Of a stretch of DNA of 64,000 bases, positions 52,230-61,248 are shown in pieces (positions within the stretch are counted from its first letter, which is position 1; the number at the start of each line of letters is the position of its first letter). The position numbers and the translations under genes were made by a program. This DNA comes from a phage, in assembly GCA_004257845.1 (NCBI GenBank), contig GCA_004257845.1_4800.1; one strand, given 5' to 3'. A model generated the notes under the pieces. The model had not been told where the DNA came from. It did not search any database and was given only the letters and a program-made list of their open reading frames with translations.

Positions 52230-52721
52230 ATGATCATCCATCGCCCTTTAATGTTAAACAAAGAAGAAGCTAAAGAAATTTTACACGCATTGAGACGTGC
52301 AGAAGCAGATGTTAACCTTCGCGTAAAGGTAAGAGACTTCATTATGAAGCAGTTCGAAAGTTATGATGTTGACTATGCCATCGATGAATTACTGAAGCGA
52401 AACGTCAAGGGTGCAACAAGACCTATTCACCATCAATCACGTTGCGTAAGAGTTCCTATTAAAACTTATGTTGATAAAAAGCCGCGCCTTAAGCCAATTG
52501 ACATATTTGACATAAAGAACGGCGACTCAATCATAAGCAAGGACGCGGAAGAGGGTGCAATTCCTGTCAATGGCCGAGTGATTTACGTGTCGCATGACGC
52601 TGATCAGACTTTAATTCAATGGGTAAGGTTTGATAACACCGGCGGCGGCAAATATCGCTACTATGGCGACGAGCGATTCACCACTAAATTCTATAAGGTA
52701 CTCGACCATGGCTCATGTTAA
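52230..52721 (+). CDS. hypothetical protein
   Basis: ORF. Confidence 0.4.
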   Translation: MIIHRPLMLNKEEAKEILHALRRAEADVNLRVKVRDFIMKQFESYDVDYAIDELLKRNVKGATRPIHHQSRCVRVPIKTYVDKKPRLKPIDIFDIKNGDSIISKDAEEGAIPVNGRVIYVSHDADQTLIQWVRFDNTGGGKYRYYGDERFTTKFYKVLDHGSC

Positions 52722-53055
52722 AGACGAAGTGTTGTTTGGCGCAGAGATTAAGAAACGTGTCAGAGAAATGGCAGGAGAAGAAAGAATGAAGTCGCTGCGA
52801 AAAGGTTTTGATCACATCAATGGCGTATCCGGCACGAAGGAGATGGGCGTGTTGGTAAAAGACATTCGCATTGGCGATGTCATGGTCATCGACCGACAAG
52901 CGCGCGTCGTTATCCAGGTACAGCCGAACGATGATGAAGGTTGTGTCCTATTGAAGTTGAAGAAGCTTTCATCAAGCCCAGCGAAGGCCGTCATCAAGAA
53001 GGTATGGCCCGAAGGATTACGCAAACTCATTCGTCGACCAGTGGAGAATGTATAA
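52708..53055 (+). CDS. hypothetical protein
   Basis: Start at ATG 52708. Confidence 0.4.
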   Translation: MAHVKDEVLFGAEIKKRVREMAGEERMKSLRKGFDHINGVSGTKEMGVLVKDIRIGDVMVIDRQARVVIQVQPNDDEGCVLLKLKKLSSSPAKAVIKKVWPEGLRKLIRRPVENV

Positions 53056-53291
53056 TGGAAGATTATATCAATGCTATGTATATGGCATTCTATGTCGTGC
53101 AACTTCCGAATGGCGCGGTATTCTATGGCGAGTATACCTTTGACGTTCAATATGACGTTTCAGAGCGTACAGTGTTAACAAGGGAGTTGATTGCTGACCT
53201 TAAGGACGACATCAAACGCGTCGCGCGGCAGCAGTTCAATTTGGATGACACCGTCATCGTTCGAATTACTGGAATAACAGAGGTGCAGTGA
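53055..53291 (+). CDS. hypothetical small protein
   Basis: TAATG overlap. Confidence 0.4.
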   Translation: MEDYINAMYMAFYVVQLPNGAVFYGEYTFDVQYDVSERTVLTRELIADLKDDIKRVARQQFNLDDTVIVRITGITEVQ

Positions 53292-53620
53292 TGACCCGTG
53301 ATCAGATACTTGCCGCGTATGAGCGTAGGAAGGTGAACGAAATCTGGAAAAGACACAACGCCTTTGCCGAGTCCTATTACTTCTTAAAGAGGTGCATAAA
53401 AGAGAATGTGAGGATGGGCGATACCGTTTTGACATTTAACATTTTGTCTTATGGTAATAAGCTTAATGCAATATATGCTTGTCGACTAGCCAACATGAAG
53501 TTCGATAGAGGAGGTGACGGAGAGTTGACCATCTATCGATTCTCTCACCGGACGGGTGATACAAAGATAACAAGGACACGTGACCAGATAGAGATTGACC
53601 TACTCCACTATGTAAAATGA
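53288..53620 (+). CDS. hypothetical protein
   Basis: ATGA overlap. Confidence 0.4.
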   Translation: MMTRDQILAAYERRKVNEIWKRHNAFAESYYFLKRCIKENVRMGDTVLTFNILSYGNKLNAIYACRLANMKFDRGGDGELTIYRFSHRTGDTKITRTRDQIEIDLLHYVK

Positions 53621-53638
53621 ATATCAAAAAGGTGATTT

Positions 53639-53833
53639 ATGAGTGTTAAACTAGACATACAGAAAACTCTTGATAAGGCCGCTGCAATAAAGAACTTCAT
53701 GGATTGTTACGCCAGTTGCACGCTTTATGGAAGCGTTCCAAACGGCGACGTAAGACCGGAAAGTATGCTTGAGTGGCTTGTTGAGCATCGCTACATAATC
53801 GACATAGTTGATGAATACATAAAGCAGAAATGA
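53639..53833 (+). CDS. hypothetical small protein
   Basis: RBS AAAAGGTGA. Confidence 0.4.
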   Translation: MSVKLDIQKTLDKAAAIKNFMDCYASCTLYGSVPNGDVRPESMLEWLVEHRYIIDIVDEYIKQK

Positions 53834-53837
53834 ATAT

Positions 53838-53867
53838 CAAAAAGGTGAGCTAAATGCTTGCCTTTTC
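53838..53867 (+). terminator. repeated terminator hairpin module, copy 1
   Basis: TCAAAAAGGTGAGCTAAATGCTTGCCTTTT: 10-bp stem with two G-U pairs, then T-run; identical 30-mer at 55090-55119; TATACT box follows. Confidence 0.45.
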
Positions 53868-53918
53868 TTTTATCAATATTTATACTCTTTTCATCAATAC
53901 GAACAAGTGAGGTGAATT

Positions 53919-54236
53919 ATGATTTACTTAGGCATCGACAAGGAACAGGACGAGCGGTTAGGAAGCGTGTTAAACGTAGACTTGAACACAGCTGTACACA
54001 CCAAGCCTTGGCCAGAGGGCCACCCCGACGTAGTTGTACCCGTTGCACCTTGGACGCGTTACGTGGCCATTGACGATAACGGCCTTGTTCATTGTTACTC
54101 AGAAAAGCCGACATACTTCGAAAAGTATCACCAATGGCTCATGACTGGATGGGCAAAGGTGCGCTGTTGCGGCGAAGTCGGTCTGGATGGCTGGAGCTTC
54201 GAGGCTAGTGAATCGTGTGTCGAGGTGCAATTATGA
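53919..54236 (+). CDS. hypothetical protein
   Basis: RBS GAGGTGA. Confidence 0.4.
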   Translation: MIYLGIDKEQDERLGSVLNVDLNTAVHTKPWPEGHPDVVVPVAPWTRYVAIDDNGLVHCYSEKPTYFEKYHQWLMTGWAKVRCCGEVGLDGWSFEASESCVEVQL

Positions 54237-54451
54237 ATGCCGCGCTGGGTAAGTTGTCTTTTAATAAGCGCAATGAGTTGCGTATGGTGTCGGCTTTTCA
54301 GCGCACCCTTAATGCCATGTCAAGCATTGCAATGACAATTCTTCGTGCCGATTGTCCTGAAGAAGAACGTGAGTGCTTGTACGCAAGACACAAACAACTA
54401 AACAAAGCTGCATTCAAGTTGCAGCAATATGCTATGGAGTATGCGAAATGA
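54233..54451 (+). CDS. hypothetical small protein
   Basis: Start ATG 54233. Confidence 0.4.
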   Translation: MNAALGKLSFNKRNELRMVSAFQRTLNAMSSIAMTILRADCPEEERECLYARHKQLNKAAFKLQQYAMEYAK

Positions 54452-54831
54452 GAATGAAGCGTTGCCCTTACTGCCACGATGTGATGCACCTTCCACACGA
54501 AGAGTTTGTGCAGCACATGACTGACTGTGATAAGAATCCTAATAGCGAAAGCCAACTTGAAGAAAGAATGTTCTTGGTGTCATTCAAAGCTTCTGCTTAT
54601 GAAGTGCAACGTTCTTACGGCGCACCAAGTACGATTTACTGTCCAACAACATTGAGAAGCGACATCGACTCAATTCAGCTTGCGGCCTGGATTAACGTTA
54701 AGGAAGGAATCACGCCGCACTTTATTGCGCGCATCCAATCTCAGATTCTACAAATCAAGCGCGAATACAACCGTGACATCACTGAAGTGAAGGTGTTGTC
54801 TATCACGCCGATGAATAAGGAGTTGCCGTGA
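54448..54831 (+). CDS. hypothetical protein with CxxC ... H ... C zinc-binding-like N-terminus
   Basis: CPYCHDVMH ... HMTDC. Confidence 0.4.
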   Translation: MRMKRCPYCHDVMHLPHEEFVQHMTDCDKNPNSESQLEERMFLVSFKASAYEVQRSYGAPSTIYCPTTLRSDIDSIQLAAWINVKEGITPHFIARIQSQILQIKREYNRDITEVKVLSITPMNKELP

Positions 54832-55088
54832 ACAAGGGTCCGATGACCAAGTTGGCCGTTGGCGCGCGGAAGCTTCGACAAGCCGTTAATGGGTCGCGGC
54901 CCGTGGCGTTAACACTAGACGATGCAAAGGCACTGGTAGAGCTACTCGACGAGCACAACCGACGCAAGAATCTGGAGAACACATTACGCTGGCGCGTTAC
55001 TCCGAAAGGGCGGGAGAGCGAAAAGAAAGCTTACTTGCGACGCAAACTAAGGTCGGTCGGCCTTCACGAAGAGGCGAAGAAGATTTGA
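54828..55088 (+). CDS. hypothetical small basic protein
   Basis: ORF. Confidence 0.4.
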   Translation: MNKGPMTKLAVGARKLRQAVNGSRPVALTLDDAKALVELLDEHNRRKNLENTLRWRVTPKGRESEKKAYLRRKLRSVGLHEEAKKI

Positions 55089-55089
55089 T

Positions 55090-55119
55090 TCAAAAAGGTG
55101 AGCTAAATGCTTGCCTTTT
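55090..55119 (+). terminator. repeated terminator hairpin module, copy 2
   Basis: Identical 30-mer to 53838-53867 followed by T-run and TATACT box. Confidence 0.45.
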
Positions 55120-55166
55120 TATTTACCTGTATTATACTTAGTTCATCAAGCAAAGGAGAAATGATT

Positions 55167-55469
55167 ATGAGTTACGACGAAAGGTTTGGCAGAAGCGGAT
55201 TATTTCATGACGCTGTACACAAAGACAGCAAAGATGTTGTCTGCGCATTCAAGGTTGATTCTTACGGTACGCTGAAACCTTTTAAGGTCGGCGAAACATA
55301 CAAGCTGTTTCACGGATGGTTAACGCGTCGCAACAACTTGCCTGACATGGAAGTCTGGTGGATAGAATACAATGGTCAGGCTCATCGGTGCAAGGTTGTA
55401 GAGGTGCGCGGCGTGACCTACTACCAATCTGTTATCAGCGGCTTTGTTTTTAAAGAGGGTGAGTTATGA
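55167..55469 (+). CDS. hypothetical protein
   Basis: Start at ATG 55167 after RBS AAGGAG; track ORF start 55107 lies inside the terminator hairpin. Confidence 0.4.
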   Translation: MSYDERFGRSGLFHDAVHKDSKDVVCAFKVDSYGTLKPFKVGETYKLFHGWLTRRNNLPDMEVWWIEYNGQAHRCKVVEVRGVTYYQSVISGFVFKEGEL

Positions 55470-55771
55470 GCACCAAAGCGATGAAGATTAAGTTGTTGAA
55501 GGTGATGCAGGCCGCTGTAGAGTGCGGCGCTATTCAGGAGTTCAAAGAGACTCAAGAAGGCGGTGAGCCAGTATTCTTCTTTAAGAATAAGAAAGGTGCG
55601 GCAGTTGCGTTGATGCTCTTGAAGAACAGCGACACGACCTTTATTCTTTGCGCAGGCGGTTATGACCTTGTTGCCGATGACGCTTACATCACCTGCGCGA
55701 CGGGCCTTAATCCTATGTTAACGTTCGAGCGTCGCGGTATTCGTGTTGCGACATTTGGAGGCTGTTTATGA
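55466..55771 (+). CDS. hypothetical protein
   Basis: ATGA overlap. Confidence 0.4.
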   Translation: MSTKAMKIKLLKVMQAAVECGAIQEFKETQEGGEPVFFFKNKKGAAVALMLLKNSDTTFILCAGGYDLVADDAYITCATGLNPMLTFERRGIRVATFGGCL

Positions 55772-56064
55772 AACTAAGTTTAGCACAAGTCCAAACATTA
55801 TACCGTATGGAAGACGGGACGCGATATATGTTGCGTGGCGATTGCAAGAAGGCTCATGAGAAGCGCCCATCGCTGTTTCATGACGTCAATGCACCATCAA
55901 TCCCTGTTTTGTTTCGCCTTGGGCTTGTTGATTGGGCGGTTCAAGGAGAAAAAGACCCAAGGCTATATTCATTTGTGGTGATGACAAAGAAGGGTCGCGA
56001 GGCATTACAAGGAATTAAAGAGAATATGAGAGGAGGAAAATACTATTATGACATCCAACCTTAA
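55768..56064 (+). CDS. hypothetical protein
   Basis: ATGA overlap. Confidence 0.4.
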   Translation: MKLSLAQVQTLYRMEDGTRYMLRGDCKKAHEKRPSLFHDVNAPSIPVLFRLGLVDWAVQGEKDPRLYSFVVMTKKGREALQGIKENMRGGKYYYDIQP

Positions 56065-56284
56065 AGCCCGTTTGTTATTCATCAAGCCACATATGCCTTA
56101 TAAGATTAGTAAACGCACCTGGCTCAACATCTACAACCGCAGCGGCGACCGTTGCTTGTACAAGGCGAAGCGACGCAAGAAGGTATATTTAAAAGCGGTG
56201 ATGTCGCAGCCAGTCGATGCATTCATCATCGGAGAAAATGAATTGTCAGTAGGACATCAAATCGAACTCGGAGCAAAGAAATGA
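56048..56284 (+). CDS. hypothetical small protein
   Basis: ORF. Confidence 0.35.
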   Translation: MTSNLKARLLFIKPHMPYKISKRTWLNIYNRSGDRCLYKAKRRKKVYLKAVMSQPVDAFIIGENELSVGHQIELGAKK

Positions 56285-56784
56285 AAATCGAACAACTCGA
56301 AGCAGTATTGGAAATGGCTGTTAAAGCAGGCGCAATCAAAAGCTGGCGTCGCGAGAAGTCGGATGACGCCGCGCACTTTTGCCGCAACTTCTATATTGTC
56401 GGCAACCTTAACGACCACTACACCATCGAGTGGTATACTAATATGATGACGCTTAAGTCGCGCACCATGGAGCTTTGGTGCAATGACATTTGCTTATCCA
56501 ACACTCATCCATCCTACGACGTTGCATTGGCATTCTATCACGGAAGTCATCAACCAGTAGCCCACATTGGTGAGAAGCACGAATACCTGAAGGCGGGACC
56601 AGAAGATCCAATGGAAGGTTGGATTGAATGGTCTGGCGGCAAGAATCCGGTGCCTGGTAAAAAGGTCATGTTGATGTGGAGGAATGGCGCAAAGTCATCA
56701 TACGCTTTCAATTCAAAAGGATACATATGGACTCACGACGGAAGCACCCATGACATCATCGCTTATCGCGTCGTGGAGGAATAA
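56281..56784 (+). CDS. hypothetical protein with C-terminal W-GG-NPVPGK domain
   Basis: C-terminal ~55 aa alignable with C-terminus of 57930-58349 product. Confidence 0.45.
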   Translation: MKIEQLEAVLEMAVKAGAIKSWRREKSDDAAHFCRNFYIVGNLNDHYTIEWYTNMMTLKSRTMELWCNDICLSNTHPSYDVALAFYHGSHQPVAHIGEKHEYLKAGPEDPMEGWIEWSGGKNPVPGKKVMLMWRNGAKSSYAFNSKGYIWTHDGSTHDIIAYRVVEE

Positions 56785-57125
56785 TGGAAGAGCAAGAAGG
56801 CCGTGAGCTAACGTTCGACGAGCAGATGCAAGAGCTTCAGCGCACATCGCCGCTGCGCGGTAAGGTTGTTGACATCGAGGCGAGAGAATCCAATCTCACC
56901 CAGTGGCGGCTCAAGTGCACCAGCGCAAGCAAGGATATGTTAAGCTTCAAAGTCGGTCAGACCTATTTGCTTTATGAGGCAAAAGGACTTATTATTGATG
57001 GAAGGCAAATTGTCTTCACGGTCGTCAGCGGAATGCGTTGGTTTGTGAAGCGTGATGTCGAGGGCCGTGACATGTTTGTCGCAGGCTTTCCAGCAACAAG
57101 ATTCCAATTGGAGAAGGTTGAATGA
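56784..57125 (+). CDS. hypothetical protein
   Basis: ORF. Confidence 0.4.
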   Translation: MEEQEGRELTFDEQMQELQRTSPLRGKVVDIEARESNLTQWRLKCTSASKDMLSFKVGQTYLLYEAKGLIIDGRQIVFTVVSGMRWFVKRDVEGRDMFVAGFPATRFQLEKVE

Positions 57126-57445
57126 AGTCTCTTCAACTGCACGCGCAATCGCTTGCATCTAAGTTCGGATTCATGGATGGTGACATCGTGTCACTTTTCT
57201 GTGAAGAAAATAATATTGAATCAGAATTAAAGGACAAAGACTCCCACGACGTTTTAATCAAATTAGTAAGGAAGCACCTTTTGCCGCTGGTAAGTCACGT
57301 TGAGGTGTTTGAAATATCAACGATGCACAACCCGATACGTTGTGAAGATGAATTCATTGATGATATGCGTCAAAGCGATGTGCAAGTTGAAGTTGGCATC
57401 AAAGAAGTATTACAGTGCATTAAAGAAACGGAGAAATTTGAATGA
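57122..57445 (+). CDS. hypothetical protein
   Basis: ATGA overlap. Confidence 0.4.
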   Translation: MKSLQLHAQSLASKFGFMDGDIVSLFCEENNIESELKDKDSHDVLIKLVRKHLLPLVSHVEVFEISTMHNPIRCEDEFIDDMRQSDVQVEVGIKEVLQCIKETEKFE

Positions 57446-57933
57446 CTAACAAAACGCAGCGCATCAATTTTGAAGGTAAAGAATACGAAATAGACGCTCG
57501 TGCAAGATTTGTTGCGCGCGATTCTAACGGAACCATCTGGGCGTATGAGGGGAAACCTGCATGGAACGATTGGCGCGGCCAGTGGGGATACGAAGTCGGC
57601 GATTCGCTTTGGTGCAAGCAAATTGGTGATGGAAAGATGTTTGAAGAGAACAGACCCGCATCACGCGATTCATTGAAGGAAGTGGCAGAAATCAAAATCC
57701 AGGACCCAACGCCGTCGACCGATAATCAATACGCAGTCGGGCAACGTGACATCGAGCAACTCGACGAGGGCGGCTATTATACGCGCCACATCTATGCTAT
57801 GACTCAAGAAGGACTTTACAGCAAGTCGGACATTGCCGCTGAACTGGCCCATCGTGACTTGCAAATTGACCTGCTCAAGATAGAAGTGCAAAACTTACGC
57901 AACACCCTTTTAAATACCTGGAGCTTAAAATGA
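57442..57933 (+). CDS. hypothetical protein
   Basis: ATGA overlap. Confidence 0.4.
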   Translation: MTNKTQRINFEGKEYEIDARARFVARDSNGTIWAYEGKPAWNDWRGQWGYEVGDSLWCKQIGDGKMFEENRPASRDSLKEVAEIKIQDPTPSTDNQYAVGQRDIEQLDEGGYYTRHIYAMTQEGLYSKSDIAAELAHRDLQIDLLKIEVQNLRNTLLNTWSLK

Positions 57934-58349
57934 TACAGCGTTACGATGTTGATTATTGCACGCAGCACGCTTGCACTTGTGAAGTTGTAAAGGATGATGA
58001 AGGCGGCTATGTTGAATATGAGGACTATGAATCACTACTCAAGCTTAATGAGTCGCTAACAAAAGAGATTGAGCAATACCGCGAGCGCATCAAAGTCGCT
58101 GAAGATATTATCAAGCTTTTTAGCGAGGCTGTTGAGAAATACAAGGAGCGCAACGTACCGATTAAGGAGGAAGCGTGGACCGTGTGGTTTGGTGGCGTGA
58201 ATCCGGTGCCTGGGAAGATGGTTGAGTTTGAATTACTCAACGGTTATAAATCAAAAGGTGCTGTTCCTTCGGATAGTTTGACATGGGATAAAGTCACAAG
58301 CCCGACTGGTGCAAAGATTGTTGCTTATCGGGTCGTTAAGGAGGGGTGA
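57930..58349 (+). CDS. hypothetical protein with C-terminal W-GG-NPVPGK domain (paralogous domain)
   Basis: WTVWFGGVNPVPGKMVEF ... IVAYRVVKE vs WIEWSGGKNPVPGKKVML ... IIAYRVVEE. Confidence 0.45.
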   Translation: MIQRYDVDYCTQHACTCEVVKDDEGGYVEYEDYESLLKLNESLTKEIEQYRERIKVAEDIIKLFSEAVEKYKERNVPIKEEAWTVWFGGVNPVPGKMVEFELLNGYKSKGAVPSDSLTWDKVTSPTGAKIVAYRVVKEG

Positions 58350-58798
58350 TGGGTAAACGGCTTATCGCCGCTGGTTGGGCCATACCGAAGTGGGGCCATC
58401 GTGCGCATTACTTTGACGAAGGAGAAGTGCAAAGCCTTTGTGGTCGCGCAACATACTTCGGTGATGAGCGCGTCAGCGGCGATTACATCGACTCGCTTTT
58501 AGGCAAAGGTGATTGCAAGAAATGTCAGGATATATTAAGAGATATTCTTACGCAAAGAGGATTGCTTGAGCTTGATGAATCGGAGGAAGTAATTGAACTT
58601 AAGCTTGAAGCGAATTACCTTATTTATACGTTCAAGAACTATTACGCAACTAATATGCGCTCAAAAATGAGCGAGGAAGTAATAGAAAAGGTGTTCACCT
58701 ACAATCCGCTAAGGATGAATAAAACTAAATTGAAGAAGTTTAATATAATGTTAAGGAAAGAATTTAAAAGGCTTGGAGTGAAGAATTTTATATTTTAA
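58346..58798 (+). CDS. hypothetical protein, last gene of plus-strand early block
   Basis: ATGA overlap; followed by terminator. Confidence 0.4.
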   Translation: MMGKRLIAAGWAIPKWGHRAHYFDEGEVQSLCGRATYFGDERVSGDYIDSLLGKGDCKKCQDILRDILTQRGLLELDESEEVIELKLEANYLIYTFKNYYATNMRSKMSEEVIEKVFTYNPLRMNKTKLKKFNIMLRKEFKRLGVKNFIF

Positions 58799-58814
58799 TA
58801 GTGATTAATGTTAA

Positions 58815-58830
58815 GAGGGCCGATTGGCCC
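58815..58830 (+). terminator. intrinsic terminator
   Basis: Hairpin AGGGCCGATTGGCCCT followed by TTTTTGTTTG. Confidence 0.6.
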
Positions 58831-58840
58831 TTTTTGTTTG

Positions 58841-59060
58841 CCTGTGGAATGTGAGGCTTTATTATCGGATAAAGCGATTGATTTGTGTAAATCTATTAGA
58901 GGGTCGTGGGTAGTAAGGATTGTGACGTGAATTTTGTGTCTTGAATATGTGTGCGAATTTGGAAGAATATTGTACTGTGGTGCTGTGGGATTGGAGAGGG
59001 AATCACTAGGAATTGGAGCGTGTACCGTGGTGTGTGGTCCTGTAGGCTGCGCCGTATATG
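58841..59060 (+). other. G/T-skewed non-coding segment rich in GGA motifs (candidate structured or sponge-type RNA)
   Basis: No ORF; strong G+T excess on plus strand; about ten GGA triplets, five within GGGATTGGAGAGGGAATCACTAGGAATTGGAGCG. Confidence 0.3.
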
Positions 59061-59123
59061 GGATTGTCGCTTGAAACTAAAAAGGAGATATAGTTAGCTG
59101 GCTAACCTTACGCATAGAATTTA

Positions 59124-59410
59124 AGCGTATAATGACGTAAGATTTGGACCTATCCGTAGTTCACTCCACACACTTCTATGGTGCGCCGCGACTGGGTTCA
59201 GTGGTACATCTTACGGATGATACGGATGATACGCGTCGCCGCTATACTTTATACAACTTTGAAAAAACAATTAACTCCATTTTGAATTAATTTAAATTAA
59301 TTTTTTTCTACATCCTCATACTTATACTAAACTTATATTTATACGTATTATCCGTAAGATATAAGTAAAAACAAAGACTTGCGGCAATACGGATGATACG
59401 TCATGATACG
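59124..59410. repeat. iteron/inverted-repeat element B (second copy of element at 6719-6994)
   Basis: GCGTATAATGACGTA (59124-59138); CTTACGGATGATACGGATGATACGCGTCGCCGC (59210-59242); AT-rich core; inverted TTATCCGTAAG and ACGGATGATACGTCATGATACG. Confidence 0.7.
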
Positions 59411-59522
59411 CTTCGACCAGCCAGCAGCGGCTAAGTCATTGATTTGCATAACAAGCGGCGAAAGGGATGGATTTCTTTTATACGTATCAAACAGTACACC
59501 ACGCACCACGGTCCGCAATCCT

Positions 59523-60822
59523 ATTTGCACTATGATTTGTGTACGTTTATAGCCATAATGAACATCAATCTGCACTTGAATATAATGTCCATCCATTGTA
59601 TAATTCACACTATTAATTTGCACTATGGGATTTTGCACTATGAGTCAAGATTATGTAGCGATGCCTGAAGACTTTGAAGACCCGCGATTCGCAGAGCACA
59701 ATCAGGCTTTATTCGATGAGTTCATTGACCTTGTTATTCAGGGCCATGACATGCGCGCAGCTTTTGCACTAGTATTTGGAATGGAAGTTGCAACGGATAA
59801 CTACACTGGCCAGCGAATCCTTTGCGCACAACGCAATCCGTACTACAAAATGCGCTTCAAAAAGCGTATGGAAGAGATGCCACTCAAGGATTTGTGGAGC
59901 GTAAAAGGTGCAATTCACAATTTGGTCAAGCTTGTGCGTGATCCAGAAGTCGCGGCGTCAGCCAAGCTTAATGCTATTCGTGAACTGAATATCATCTACG
60001 GCATCACGATGATTGATGAAAACGGCAATAGTAAAATGGGCCGTTCCATGGACGATTTCTACAAGGATTTTGGAGAGGCAGCCAAAGAAGGTGAGCAATT
60101 CTCCCGCCACTAGCCAATTTGCACTATAAAACGGCCCTAGAACACATTTTCTCCACTTCTAGGGCCATCGGTAATACGACGGGGAAGGTTACAACCGTAA
60201 ACGCGTTAGAAAGTGTATTATTATAAGTCATCTTTTAGTCACTTTACGTAACAATTTACGACCTTCAACCGTCCAATCGAACGACTCCACCAGCAGATTT
60301 GCACTATAACCTAAGACGATGCGCCCTTTCTCGTTATCGACCCGCCAACAAGTCTCGAATAGCATTCGATTTGCACTATTAACTATTGCCGCAACTCGCG
60401 TAGGATAAGCGCAATTTGCACTATGGTCGTAAAGGGATAAGGTGCGACCACTTCCGATGGACAACGTAGCGATGAGAATGAGTGTATTCATAAGCCACCA
60501 ATTTGCACTATGAAAAGCGACCCCGAAGGGCCGCCATTCGATTAGATAATCTGGAAGGTGTAGGACTTGTTGCCGAACTCGAAGTTTAAGCGTCCAGCTT
60601 CCTTAAGCTTCATGCGGAAGCGAATGTGCTTGCTATCCGGTAAGCCCAGCGCGGCGAACGCTACGCGGACCGATTTGAACTCGCCTACACCCTCGACCAT
60701 GACACCGTTACGGGTAAGACGCTTTTGCGCCACTTCCTTATTATCCCAACTTTTTGCAATACCTTCGCTATTCGAACGGCGATGGGATGGAGTTCCATTT
60801 TGCACTACGCAATTTGCACTAT
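59523..60822 (+). promoter_or_regulatory. array of at least nine copies of the motif (A/T)ATTTGCACTAT, all in one orientation
   Basis: Copies read at about 59524, 59616, 59631, 60113, 60297, 60368, 60413, 60500, 60796 and 60808; variant AATTTGCAGTACACT at about 63205 and 63297. Confidence 0.55.
59640..60113 (+). CDS. hypothetical protein (157 aa; small-terminase or regulator candidate)
   Basis: ORF preceded by iteron element B and by two motif copies overlapping its start codons; helical, acidic N-terminus. Confidence 0.4.
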   Translation: MSQDYVAMPEDFEDPRFAEHNQALFDEFIDLVIQGHDMRAAFALVFGMEVATDNYTGQRILCAQRNPYYKMRFKKRMEEMPLKDLWSVKGAIHNLVKLVRDPEVAASAKLNAIRELNIIYGITMIDENGNSKMGRSMDDFYKDFGEAAKEGEQFSRH

Positions 60823-61168
60823 CGTTTAAACCGCTCTTAACGAAGGCTTCATACTCTTCGTCGGTCATCGCGTCGAGTTCTTCCTGGGTCGGCTCGGACT
60901 TTTTAACGACCGCACGCGCCTTATGCGTTTTTACATCGTTGGGCACTTCCTCGCGCGACTTCGCGTCTGGGATGGGCGACTCGTTGGACGGCTCATCGAG
61001 CGCGTTTAAGGACTCGATTAACGCTATTACGCGAGTCTCGGCGGTCCGGCGGTCCGCAAATTTTTTGATCGGCTTCGAACCGGAATTTGCATTATAAAAT
61101 GCAACGAGGTCGGCGGTCTTAGTTGCGATAACGTCGCCGCTAGTCGAGAAACGATTTAAGCTAACCAT
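60542..61168 (-). CDS. hypothetical protein (208 aa) in atypical-codon-usage island
   Basis: ORF with CpG-rich, C-ending codon usage distinct from the rest of the window. Confidence 0.4.
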   Translation of the reverse strand: MVSLNRFSTSGDVIATKTADLVAFYNANSGSKPIKKFADRRTAETRVIALIESLNALDEPSNESPIPDAKSREEVPNDVKTHKARAVVKKSEPTQEELDAMTDEEYEAFVKSGLNDSANCVVQNGTPSHRRSNSEGIAKSWDNKEVAQKRLTRNGVMVEGVGEFKSVRVAFAALGLPDSKHIRFRMKLKEAGRLNFEFGNKSYTFQII

Positions 61169-61248
61169 AATGAACTCCTATTTGTTAGGGCGCTAGGCGC
61201 GAAAGAATTTTATTAAAGCGCCGCGCACGACGCTCTAAAAATCCTCTC

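Noticed and set aside
53858-54073. 71-aa ORF starting inside the repeated terminator hairpin
   Set aside because: Its ATG lies in the hairpin loop (CTAAATGCTTG) and the frame yields an implausible product; the second copy's ATG at 55107 likewise only extends the real gene starting at 55167.
59640-60113. Small terminase subunit assignment for this gene
   Set aside because: Only size and context are suggestive; it is 4.5 kb from terL across the window ends and no diagnostic motif was recognised, so it is kept as hypothetical.
60228-60491. Minus-strand ORF of 87 aa from the six-frame track
   Set aside because: It contains three or four copies of the ATTTGCACTAT motif, which suggests non-coding regulatory DNA; probably spurious, though a hairpin at 60133-60168 could act as its terminator.
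60100-60540. Possible tRNA cluster in the motif-rich non-coding stretch
   Set aside because: No T-loop (GTTCGAATC-like) or acceptor-stem complementarity recognisable by eye; would need a tRNA scan to confirm absence.
59523-60822. Possible CRISPR array suggested by repeated ATTTGCACTAT motif
   Set aside because: Repeat is only ~11 nt, spacing is irregular (12 to ~480 bp) and no cas genes are present; treated as a regulatory or packaging motif array.
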